DNA of 64,000 bases. Source: Macrostomum lignano. Lineage: Eukaryota. The stretch covers positions 1-64,000 of the forward strand of contig NIVC01001097.1 in assembly GCA_002269645.1 (NCBI GenBank). The letters run 5' to 3'. The number at the start of each line of letters is the position of its first letter. The stretch's first letter is position 1. A model generated the notes under the pieces. It was not told the DNA's origin and did no database searches. It saw only the letters and a list, made by a program, of their open reading frames with translations. Below, one piece after another: positions 9,940-20,927 of this stretch. Position numbers and translations under genes: made by a program.

Positions 9940-12901
9940 ATGAAGTTTTTAGTGATCTTTAAAGACGACCGTCAAATTGTTGAGGTCTCGGAAAGCGAAG
10001 TGAAGCTTCCTGAAGGCTTTCAAAACCTTAAGGAAGAGGAATGGTTAGAAAAGAGGGACTCCACTGAGAAGTGGAAGTGTGAAGCCTTGTATGAAGGCTG
10101 TTTTTACTCTGCTCTAATTATTCAGGTAAGCAACCGATCCCAACGATTGAAATGTTAAAATTCTTGAATCGATCTAATATTTGTACGCTCATATTTTCTC
10201 ATTAATTTAAAGGTAATACTAAGCAACAACCTAGAGCCTGGGAGCTTCCGCTTTGTGCGTGAATTGGTGGCCAAAAAGACCCGACTGAACCGAATTCTCG
10301 AGTTGGTTCAACCCAGAGTCTTTCAGGAGCGTGACATGAAGAAAGCACGAAGGCATTACCAGACTAAGGTAAAATTAAGCACAGCCCATATAATTTTTAT
10401 CGAGAACTTTGTTTTCTCCGTTTTACCTTTTAAACTATTTTTTAAGAAAAGGGAAGAAATTAAATGTGAAAATAATCTTTAAAACTGACATTAACTTGAT
10501 AATTTCTCATGCCGTAACCATCCCAAACAGAATCTGTCAGACGGCTCAGCCACCGATTCCGAGGCAATCTTCGAAGATAAGAGCAGCCGCTGTTTGCAAC
10601 CTCCAGCTTTGCTGCCTAAACAACATCCGCCTACGATTGCACAGTTAGCGCCAATGCCTCCTATTAGTGATGATGAAGCAGAAGCTGGCGTAGACGCCGA
10701 TATGGAAGCTGAGGCGGAAGCTGAGGCGGAAGCTGAAGTGGAAGCTGAGGCGGAAGCTGAAGTGGAAGCTGAGGCGGAAGCTGAAGCGGAAGATGAGGTG
10801 GAAGCTGAGATCGGAGCTGAGGTGGAAGCTGAGATGGGAGCTGAGGCGGAAGCTGAGGCGGAAGCTGAGGTGGAAGCTGAGATGGGAGCTGAGGTGGAAG
10901 CTGAGGCGGAAGCTGAAATAGAAGCTGAGTTCGTAGCAGATGATCGATCGACGATTCCTAAGTCGCCTCCCACCATTTCATCTTTTAATTTTGGTTCTGG
11001 CTTTCTTAGAAAACTAGAAGAGCAGATCCAAGCCGGTGTTAGCTTTGAGCTGGAAAGTCCAAGAGGCATCAAGTTTCTGTCCTTATATGCCCTACGCGAA
11101 CTTACTATGCGCAAGAATGAATTGAAAGCATTAGAAAATAGTTTGACCAAACAAATCACCGCAATGCGCACTGAAGTGCAGAGCGTGCTACGCTTTTTGG
11201 AACCTGTTGGCGCTGACATTCCAACTGATAATTCTGAGCCTTCATTCTGGCCGATCAACTCCTGGGAAAAATATGTGCAATTCGCTTCCAGTCCAAATGA
11301 ACATATTTCTACTTTGGTAAGTTCATGACAGAGTTTTTTATTTTCTTTTCATTAGAAGAAATGCTCTAACTACTACTCAAAGCGCACTAGTACTATCACT
11401 GAAATAATAATCTATAAGTATTCTCACCTGTAAAAATCTAAACAGAAGAGCCTGCTACGTTCATGCAAGCGAGACAAGTGGTCCGATGCTTTAATGGCAA
11501 TGCTTAACGAGAGCTTGTCGAAAGAGATGCAGGCGGTTATTAATTTAATCGGGTCAGACATGCGAAGCCGAGCTGTTGCTGCTGGAGTTGCGACCAACCT
11601 TACTGATGCGCAGCTTGGATTTCAGAGCACTCTGCTCAGCCATTTCCAAAGTAAGTCTACTTAATCAACGTTCAATGAGACTTTTAGAGCTAAATATCAA
11701 GAAATTAGTCGAGCACAGTGCATGCTATTCATAGTAACTTTCAACTTTTTTCCTAACAGAAGCAATCACATTCATCTATGGCGCGACCGCTGAAGCCGGC
11801 AGGCCCTCTGAACAATCTGTAAGAAATACTTGCAGACAGCAGCTAAAGCATGGCGGTGACCGATTAAAGGGGCGGTCGCATCGCACAGGAAGCCAGCTGC
11901 TTTCCGGAGTCCAGACTCAAAGCCCCGCTTCTGACAGCGCCGTACAAAGACAGTCTCTGGTGGCAGCGACTCCAAGCCCCGCTTCTGGCAGCGCCGTACA
12001 AAGACAGTCTCTGGTGGCAGCGACTCAAAGTCCCGCTTCTGGCAGCGCCGTACAAAGACAGTCTCTGGTGGCAGCGACTCCAAGCCCCGCTTCTGGCAGC
12101 GCCGTACAAAGACAGTCTCTGGTGGCAGCGACTCCAAGCCCCGCTTCTGGCAGCGCCGTACAAAGACAGTCTCTGGTGGCAGCGACTCAAAGTCCCGCTT
12201 CTGGCAGCGCCGTACAAAGACAGTCTCTGGTGGCAGCGACTCCAAGCCCCGCTTCTGGCAGCGCCGTAAAAAGACAGTCTCTGGTGGCAGCGACTCCAAG
12301 CCCCGCTTCTGGCAGCGCCGTGCAAAGACGGTCTTTGGTGGCAGCGACTCAAAGTCCCGCTTCTGGCAGCGCTGTGCAAAGACGATCTCTGGTGGCAGCG
12401 ACTCAAAGTCCCGCTTCTGGCAGCGCCGTGCAAAGACGGTCTTTGGTGGCAGCGACTCAAAGTCCCGCTTCTGGCAGCGCCGTGCAAAGACACAGCCATT
12501 CATCTTCTTTTTCCCTAGTGAGTAAAAACGTATCTAAACTGAATAATGAACGATGAATACTATGATTGCTAAGCATTAAATACTACTATCAGTAAGATAA
12601 AATGTGCATGCAGTAATTTTTTGTTTTCTTTCCAATGTCACAGACACCATCGCGACTATCAGCGGGAGAAGTGCCGCCAGCGGCGACAGCAAAGCCGAGC
12701 TCCCAATCCAGAAAGCGAGCGAGTATTCAGTTGGATTCTCAGCCTCGAAAGCGGAACAACCATCGCCCCCGTTCAGCAAAGTCAAAAACCAACTACCGCA
12801 CTGACTGCTCTCTCGAATCTGATGACGAAACCGAATCAAGTGGATCAAACTGGTCCGAAGATCAGCGAGAGCTGGATGATGGACAATTTAAAATCTTCTA
12901 A
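9940..12901 (+). CDS. Six-exon transposon accessory (TnpA-like) protein, ~782 aa, divergent from the transposase
   Basis: GT-AG exons 9940-10125, 10213-10368, 10531-11316, 11446-11650, 11760-12517 and 12644-12901 join in frame (2349 nt). Contains an EA-rich repeat, a coiled coil, a helical DUF4806/BEN-like region ending QLKHGGDR (domain name is inference) and 17-aa repeats. Confidence 0.75.
10690..10930 (+). repeat. In-frame coding repeat (GAAGCTGAGG[C/T]G)n encoding (EAEA/EAEV)n
   Basis: Lies in exon 3 of the accessory gene. Confidence 0.9.
11925..12490 (+). repeat. In-frame 51-bp coding minisatellite (~11 x [18 protein letters not shown])
   Basis: Lies in exon 5 of the accessory gene; unit length is divisible by 3. 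Confidence 0.9.
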
Positions 12902-13490
12902 TTATGAGAGCACGTATTTTACGAGTAAATGCTGTCAAAATGATTTTAAAACTGACATTCTTTCAACACCTTTGTTGCCAAAAACTTAACTATTTTTCGT
13001 TCTAATATTGTGTTTTAATATCAGTTCCATTTAACTTCGCTAAATAAATTCAAATTTCATTACATTTAAGTTTCTTATTCGATTTCATTCATAGACTCAA
13101 ACTAATTTTCTAAAGAACTGCAAAAAAATTTACAAAAGGCAAACTTCGTAAGCAGGTAGCAGCAAGGTTGTTTAAATTTATAATGGAAGAGACAATTGCT
13201 TAAAAAAATCAGATAGCTCTGAAAATTATTTGGAAATAAATTCAATTTTGAAACAACCAGAAAGCTAGGCTGCTGCCAGAGCAAAATATATCAGTAAAAG
13301 CCCTGCATACTACTGTTAGTAGAGTAAACCAATTCTTGCCTTAATTTATTGGGCAGTCCACCGGGCGCCGGGTATAAGGCCGGCGCCCCGACTGGACAAA
13401 GAGTGCGCCCCGCTACCGGCCACAGGCCACCGGGCGCCGCGGTCTGCGCACCCTTGGGCGTACCAGAATTTCCCACTGGGGATTAAACGG

Positions 13491-14310
13491 GTCGCTTTCA
13501 CAAGCGCTAATTTTCATAACCGCTAACGACATTGACTTTCACAAGCGCTAAATTTCACAAGCGCTAAACTTCATAATAGCTAAAAATTTGCCGCCTACTT
13601 TCACAAGCGCTAAACTTCACAAACGCTAAACTTCATAACCGCTAACTCACTTACTTTCACAAGCGCTAAACTTCACAAGCGCTAAACTTCACAAGCGCTA
13701 AACTTCATAACAGCTACAAATTCGCCACCTACTTTCACAAATGCTAAATTTCACAAGCGCTAAACTTCAGAATAGCGAAACCACCTACTTTCACAAGCGC
13801 TAAACTTCACAAGCGCTAAACTTCACAAGCGCTAAACTTCACAAACGCTAAACTTCATAACCGCTAACTCACTTACTTTCACAAGCGCTAAACTTCACAA
13901 GCGCTAAACTTCACAAGCGCTAAACTTCATAACAGCTAAAAATTCGCCACCTTACTTTCACAAATGCTAAATTTCACAAGCGCTAAAATGTTAATTTACT
14001 ATATATACTAATATATACTAATATACTATTTTAGCGCTTGTGAAAGTAGACGACATTCGTGCTTAGCGTTTGTGAAGTTTAGCGCTTGTGAAAGTAGCCG
14101 ACATTCGTATTTTAGCGGTTTTTAACGTTTAGCGTTTGTGAAGTTTAGCGCTTGTGAAATTTAGCGCTTGTGAAAGTAGGCGACATTTGTGTTTTAGCGG
14201 TTGTGAAGTTTAGCGTTAGTGAAGCAAGGACTACTTAAGTATCGTTTAAGTAGTCCTTGTTGTGAAGTTTAGCGCTTGTGAAGTTTAGCGGTTGCGAAAG
14301 TAGGCGACAT
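13491..14310. repeat. Foldback-like structure: two inverted arms of a 16-bp repeat (CACAAGCGCTAAACTT) around an AT-rich spacer
   Basis: Left arm ~13491-13987 (cacaagcgctaaactt)n; spacer with tatatactaa repeats; right arm ~14029-14310 (aagtttagcgcttgtg)n. Confidence 0.85.
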
Positions 14311-15993
14311 TTGTGTTATGCACTTTAGCAGGAGAAGGAGACAAATTTTGAGTATGTAATTTTTCTCTGGATTTGTTTAAGCATGAGCACAGAACGCGAC
14401 TCATACATTACTTTACGAGCAAGGACTTCCAGAAGTCCTTGGTTACGAGTAGATTCCAGGGCGCAGGCCTACACAAGCATTTCATTCTCATCTATAGCTG
14501 TACTCGATGCTGATGAAAACAATAATTATAAATGCTCTTGGATAATGAAATAAAGGGTGCTCGTATAATGCTCCCAAGCGTTATCTGATAATCAGAACAT
14601 AGAAAAAGTAAACAGAAACTAATATTGGCGGGCTGTGTCCTATAATCCCATGAACTGTGTACCAGCTGAGTACACTGTACGCTGGTACAAGTTCCCCGCT
14701 GCTCTTTGACTTACTTGACTCAGCTGCAGGAGGCTGTCCTGGAGGGGACACAGCGGGAAGGCGCGGACGCCTATTCCACTGATCCCTGAACGGCCGACGC
14801 GTCGCTATGGACGAAGGGTTGCGCCATCCAGGGAGCTAGGTCCCCAGTGTCGCCAGCATTGGTCCTTTTTTATCCATTGTCGGCTCGAAGGCCATGATTA
14901 AGGTCGGTAGGCTTCCCTCGAAGGGGCGCAGTACCCAACTGGCCGCTTCACCTGACCGGGTAGTAGGCCAAAAAAACCCTCAAGGCTGACCCGACACCAG
15001 GAGGGAGATCGCTAGCGACCGGACTACTCCCCAGTCTTCCAGCCCATCGGCACGGTCGAACACCTAGGCGTTAGGGGTACGAATTGAGCGGTACCACGGC
15101 CTGCGGACTGGCGAGCCAGACCAGAATACTGAAGTTCAGCTAAAGCCACTGGAGCCTACGGCTGCCAGAGGCAAACAGTGGGTGCAGACCTCCCACCAGC
15201 CTTTACTGCTGAAGATAGGGGCAGGCGGGAAGCATGGACGGGCCTGGTCTGTCTCATGCTTCACTGGCATGCTAAATAGGTCATTGCGAGCCCCATCTCG
15301 ACACAGGCTGTCGAACAATTTATTGGCAAACGATGTGTTTGGATTTCCAAGTTTTCCACCATGGCACCCTTAGTTTGTTTAGAACTCTTCGCAAATAGCT
15401 CGGATGAATTCATATGCACCTGGGTATTGAGACACAATATGGCGAGGCTTCAATTCTCAGCGAACTCTACTCAATTTTTGGGGTGCTGCAAAATTCTAGC
15501 TAAATGCCGAATCCATGTAAATAAGCGACTTCTTTTCTAAGATAAAATGTGACTGGCAGAAACGGCGCACGCCAGCTTCTAAAGGAGACACACCTCCACA
15601 GCAAACTTTAGACCCACAAGCGGTCCGCTCAAAGAAAATGGTTAGGAAGGCAAAAATCCAGCTCAGCATTTTCAAAACTCTCCAAGGCGGCCGACCCCCC
15701 CTGCCCGCCTCAAGTGAAGTGGGGGCTTCGCTGGGCCAGTTGGCAGTCCATTTAACGCTGCATTGAAAATTCACAACAGCAAAGTCACTCGGCATTCGGG
15801 CCAGACAGTGACAGAGAGTTATGCGAGGCTAGACAATAGCTCAACTGCTACTCATTCTTGTGACAAATGAATCCTCCACCAGCCACACCCATTTAGTCTC
15901 GGCATTTAAAGCACGAAGCCATTCTTCCTCTGCAACAACTCACTCAACTTGCCCCCTCGCCGCACCAGCAACACAACTCTAAAAACAGCAGGC

Positions 15994-17749
15994 ATGCCTG
16001 GACGTCTAAACGTAGCGAAGGCGGACCACAAGTTTGCCGCGTCGAACCAGAGCCGTCGAATTCAATTCATTGTAGTCGCCGGCGTGCTGCAGCTCGCCTT
16101 TCTCATCATTTTTGGTATCTTCGTCCGCTACGACAGCGCTGCTGACGCAAAGTACATCGGCGACCCTGATGTGGTTGCCAAGAAGCGAGGAGTCAGCGGT
16201 TCCAGTACACTGGGCCCGCCGGTAAAGGATGATCTGGCTTCATACTACTCAATGTTTCAGGACATCCATGTCATGATGTTTGTCGGCTTTGGATTCCTCA
16301 TGACTTTCCTCAAGAGATACGGATTCAGCAGTGTGGGCATCAACATGTTCCTGGCATGTATTGTCATTCAGTGGTCCACGATCGTGCGTGGCTGTTTCCA
16401 CCTACACGATGGCAAGATCACCTTTGGCGTAATGGATCTGCTGTATAGTGACTTCTCGTGCGTTGGCATTCTGATTTCGTACGGCTGCGTTTTGGGAAAG
16501 CTCACTCCCGTGCAAATGATGATCATGGCCATGATTCAGGTTCCCATCTTTGTTGGCAACGAGTATTTGGGTCTCGAGATTTTCATGGTTAAAGACGTCG
16601 GAGGTTCGATCTTTCTACATATCTTTGGAGCTTATTTCGGCCTGTTTGTGTCCCTGGTGACATTCGATAGGAATGTTGCCGGGCACCGCAGTGATTCAAC
16701 CATCTATCACTCCGAGATCTTCAGCATGATCGGTACCCTGTTCTTGTGGATGTTTTGGCCGAGCTTCAACTCCGCCGTCGCGCTTCAAGACAGCAGATTG
16801 CGAGGCGTCATCAATACCTACATCACCTTGAGCTCCTGCACGGTTGTTGCTTTTCTATTGAGCGCTGCATTGACGGAAGACCGAAAGTTTCTGATGATGC
16901 ACATTCAGAACAGCACCATAGCTGGTGAGTTACTTTAATAAATGCTACGAGCGTATGTCCGAGAGTAGCTCGTATCTTCTTGAAAATATGAACAGGAAAG
17001 CTTGCGCTGCTTTGCTCAGCAGTTCAAGAAATCTTTTTTTAACTATTGATGCGACAAACTATACCGGTATATATATACAATATTACGCTCTTTCAGGTGG
17101 AGTAGCAGTCGGATCCGTGGCAGACATGCAGCTGCAGCCTTGGGGCGCCATGCTCATTGGAGTCGTAGCCGCCATCGTATCCGTGACTGGCTATCGCTTC
17201 CTCACACCCAAGCTGGAGAAAATCCGGTTTCACGACACGTGCGGCGTCAACAATCTGCACGGCATGCCGGGCCTAATCAGCGGCATCGCCAGCGCCATTG
17301 CCTGCGCTGTTGCCTCGCGCGAAATGTACGGCGATTCTCTCTTCGTAGTCTTTCCAGCCATGGCGCCGGCCAACACCACGGTGACGGTGTCGCTGCTGAA
17401 CGGTGATCACGAAATCAAGACAGGCCTCGGCAGGACGCCCGGCACCCAGGGACTCTACCAGCTGGCCGCCATTGGTTGCACCCTGGCCGTGGCCATCGTT
17501 GGTGGCACCCTGACTGGTCTGATACTGCGTCTGCCGTTTTTCGACTCATACGACAGGGTCACCTACTACTCTGACGAGCCGCACTGGCACAGGCCGGAGG
17601 ACGGCTTTCCGGACCGGTTTACACAGCTGATTTACCACAAGGGCGAGACCCAAGTGGTGCCGGAGCACCGCGTTGACGACGTAACCTTGCGCGGCGCCAC
17701 CTACGAGGTGAAGGTCAACCAGGCCTACGAGCTGCAAGAGGCCAACTGA
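15994..17749 (+). CDS. Rh-family (Rh50/RHAG-RHCG-like) ammonium transporter, 2 exons, ~527 aa
   Basis: Exons 15994-16924 and 17097-17749 (GTGAGT...TTTCAG intron) give NSTIAGGVAVG. Motifs FQDIHVMMFVGFGFLMTFLKRYG, HIFGAYFG, FLWMFWPSFN, DTCGVNNLHGMPG; twin histidines present. Confidence 0.96.
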
Positions 17750-19504
17750 CAGATCGTCGGAGCCCAAATAGACAGCTGAAATTTTCAGTGACGCAAGTAA
17801 ATTCTCTAATTTTTAGGGATGCCAAATTCATAAACGATTGATGAGGGATTAGATAGGTTCATTTTATCATTTTATCAATAGATATTAGATTAGCGCTGTT
17901 CTTTTTCAACTTTTGAATTCACTGAAGTTTTTAAAAGACATATTCAATATTCAACAGCTTTTCATTTTAAAGAAATTAACACGCGACTCACTTACTCTTT
18001 CACAAAATGTATAATTAAATAATACATTAATATGCTTCGAAGAACATATAAAACTACAGTTCGTCTTTAATAGTAACAGGTTTGTATAATTCTTTCGTTA
18101 AGACCATCTCGACATCGATAATCTTTTGTCGAATTTTTATTTTTAATTTTTCTCTATTTTTTTTATGTTTGCTTTCGCGCGCTTGTCTACTTGATAATTT
18201 TACTTGTTTAACCAATAACCTCTAACCTGTTTGTAAACTCAAAATTTATGAAATTGGACCCTATACGTGTGTTCAGGATTGGTTAATTTTTATTAGCCTA
18301 CAGTTTGAGGACAAAAAGTCTGCCAAGACGAGCGATCTTCAGTAGATATAATAGCCATACCTCGTCCGACTGCGTATCTGGTGCATGTAATTTTCGATTT
18401 CGGTTCAACTTGAGGCCACTACATGCATGGCCCTATATTAGCTGGTATTTTCTGTCCATGTTTTAACAATTCTCGATGGCTGTGACCAGGTTATCCTTTC
18501 TCCGATATCTCGACGGTTTTTAGAGGGCTCCAAAGATCATGACAATTTTGTGCGTTTTTATTGGGAACACGCGAATATCCCACATATCTTCTTATAGCTT
18601 GCATAATTAAAATCATTATCGACTCAAAACTACTATAAACAATAGCTTGTATACCGCATGTAAAATTAATCTGCCATGAATTGCAGTTGTAGGTGGAGTT
18701 TCAGCTAGTATAGATATGTTGATGGAGCTATGGACCGCTCCAGTATATTTTTGTGTTGAGCCACGAAATACTAAAGACTGTGGTTACAGTAGGATCCATG
18801 TTTTTAACAGCTAAATATGTACATATAGAATTGTAAGCATACATGTGGATGTGGCGCGGTATAACGCGGGGACGAGACACCGCAACAAGAAGGTATTAGC
18901 TAGCTGCATGTACATGTAGGCTTTTACAGCGAACCCAAACATAGAGCAATTATTTTTTTTTTCATGGAGCTGAGCATGCAAAACTCACAAACCAATTACT
19001 ACCATAACAGCAATTTTGCAAACCCTCGGTGGAGTCCACAATCTTCATATCCTCGATCAACTCTTAGAGACATGATGTACATGTACATGTATGTCACGGA
19101 TATGGTACTATTCAAATGGAATTGAATGGGGCTTATTTGCTTCAAAAATTAACAATAGAGACTGTACAAGGTCAAAGCCTACATGCAGTATATTTAAAAA
19201 TAGTTTCTTTCTTTGTTGCCTCAGCCAACTGGCGGTGCATATTCCTAGTTTATTACTGAGTAGTAGCGGCTAGAACACAAAAAGTATCTACTCATCAGTT
19301 TTTAGGAGGCTGAGTTCTAAGACCAATCGGATTGAAGTTTATTTTAAATTTTCAATAAATAATTCTGCAAAGTTAATGTTTATCTTGTTCATATGATAGG
19401 GGCTTAAGGATTTTGTTTTAACTATTATCATCGGAATCAAAAAATTAGAACGAACGTGACGTGCGTTAAATTAAGTGCCCGTGGCCCATGTGATATGACG
19501 CAGG

Positions 19505-19955
19505 TGTGACGAGTTTATTTAGTTCGAGAACATGGGACTGATGCGCGTGCGCGTGCTGAGTCTTAGTGCTAATCTTGTCATAGGCCAATATACGTACGTA
19601 TTATTAATTTAACAGCTCAATTGCTAGTCTGAATAATGGCGGATAGGTCAGAACAGTATGGCAATGCCAATTATTTACCAAAGATTAACCTGAGACGTCA
19701 AAATAATGCTAATGCCACTGAGCCTACGGGAGCTAAGACCACACACAGCGCGCGAGCATCACACAAAAACTATCAAGAATCAAAATTTGAATAACCGCAC
19801 TAATTGAAAATAGAAAAACAAAATTAAACCAAATGGGGAAGTAACTAAAAAATAGTTACAAACATTAGACCAAAATAGATATAGTTATAAATATTAATTG
19901 CAAACACCATAAATACGAAATTGAACATTTTCAATACAGAAGCGACGACGTTACA
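19505..19955 (-). repeat. 3' LTR of the Gypsy element
   Basis: TGTGACGAG...GTTACA, matches 27778-28228. Confidence 0.97.
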
Positions 19956-19970
19956 TCCGCCCCTTTCCGC
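19956..19970 (-). promoter_or_regulatory. Polypurine tract
   Basis: Minus strand GCGGAAAGGGGCGGA immediately before the 3' LTR. Confidence 0.85.
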
Positions 19971-20239
19971 AAAAATTAGAGAACGGCCTGACGATCTTAT
20001 GAATTCGAAAATAACAGGGCTTAAAATGTAATAAAAGGTCAACGAAAGTTGTTATTTGAGCGCACTCGAACTCCACAAATATTGGTTGGGAATAAAACCA
20101 GTAGACGATCGATTAAGCAATAAGTAACGATATAACATTCAGTAATAACTATTTTATATTCGCGAAAAATTAATTGAGAGACAAACGGTCAGAAGGAATC
20201 AAAAGTGGATTAAGACATACGAGCGTACGAAACGCCAAA

Positions 20240-20570
20240 GGAGGCCGATGGTAGCCGGCAGGAGGCCGATGGTAGCCAGCAGGAGGCGATGGTAGCCAGC
20301 AGGAGGCCGATGGTAGCCGGCAGGAGGCCGATGGTAGCCAGCAGGAGGCCGATGGTAGCCGGCAGGAGCAGGCCGATGGTAGCCGGCAGGAGGCCGATGG
20401 TAGCCGGCAGGAGGCCGATGGTAGCCGGCAGGAGGCCGATGGTAGCCAGCAGGAGGCCGATGGTAGCCGGCAGGAGCAGGCCGATGGTAGCCGGCAGGAG
20501 GCCGATGGTAGCTGGCAGGAGGCCGATGGTAGCCGGCAGGAGCAGGCCGATGGTAGCTGGCAGGAGACCG
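20240..20570. repeat. 21/25-bp tandem repeat in the Gypsy 3' non-coding region
   Basis: (GGCCGATGGTAGCCGGCAGGA)n. Confidence 0.93.
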
Positions 20571-20927
20571 ATCCCCCCCCCCCCCTAATAACTACAACTG
20601 CAGAACCCCCCCCCAAAGACGAAAGAAAAGAACCTAAGGTGGAAAGGCACAAGAAAGCTAGGAAAGTTTCACACCAGGCTTAGAGCGTTGCAGCAACGAT
20701 AGCCCGCAACACAGCCAAGGGCAAACGATATGTGCAAAAACCAAAGCAGACCACCAGCACTGAAAACTCAAATTTACCTTTTCATGGTTACTTTAACGAC
20801 TGCTGCAATGTCGTATTCGAATATTTCCATTTCAATATTTTTGGATTTTTTTTAAAAGTTTTTTTTGTTAGTTAAAAATCATTAGTAGTGAGCAATGACC
20901 CCAAGTAAGCCCCATTAAGGTTAAACG

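Larger units (their letters stand above)
3326..13480. mobile_element. CMC (EnSpm/CACTA/Mirage-like) DNA transposon, ~10.2 kb, with nested MITEs
   Basis: Termini CCCAGTGG...CCACTGGG; 2-bp TSD GA on both sides; shared subterminal motifs AGGCCGGCGCCCC (3359, 13377) and GGGCGTACC; encloses the transposase and the accessory gene. Confidence 0.8.

Noticed and set aside
14700-15130. GC-rich segment resembling a LINE/RTE untranslated region
   Set aside because: No RT or endonuclease motif, poly(A) tail or TSD found.
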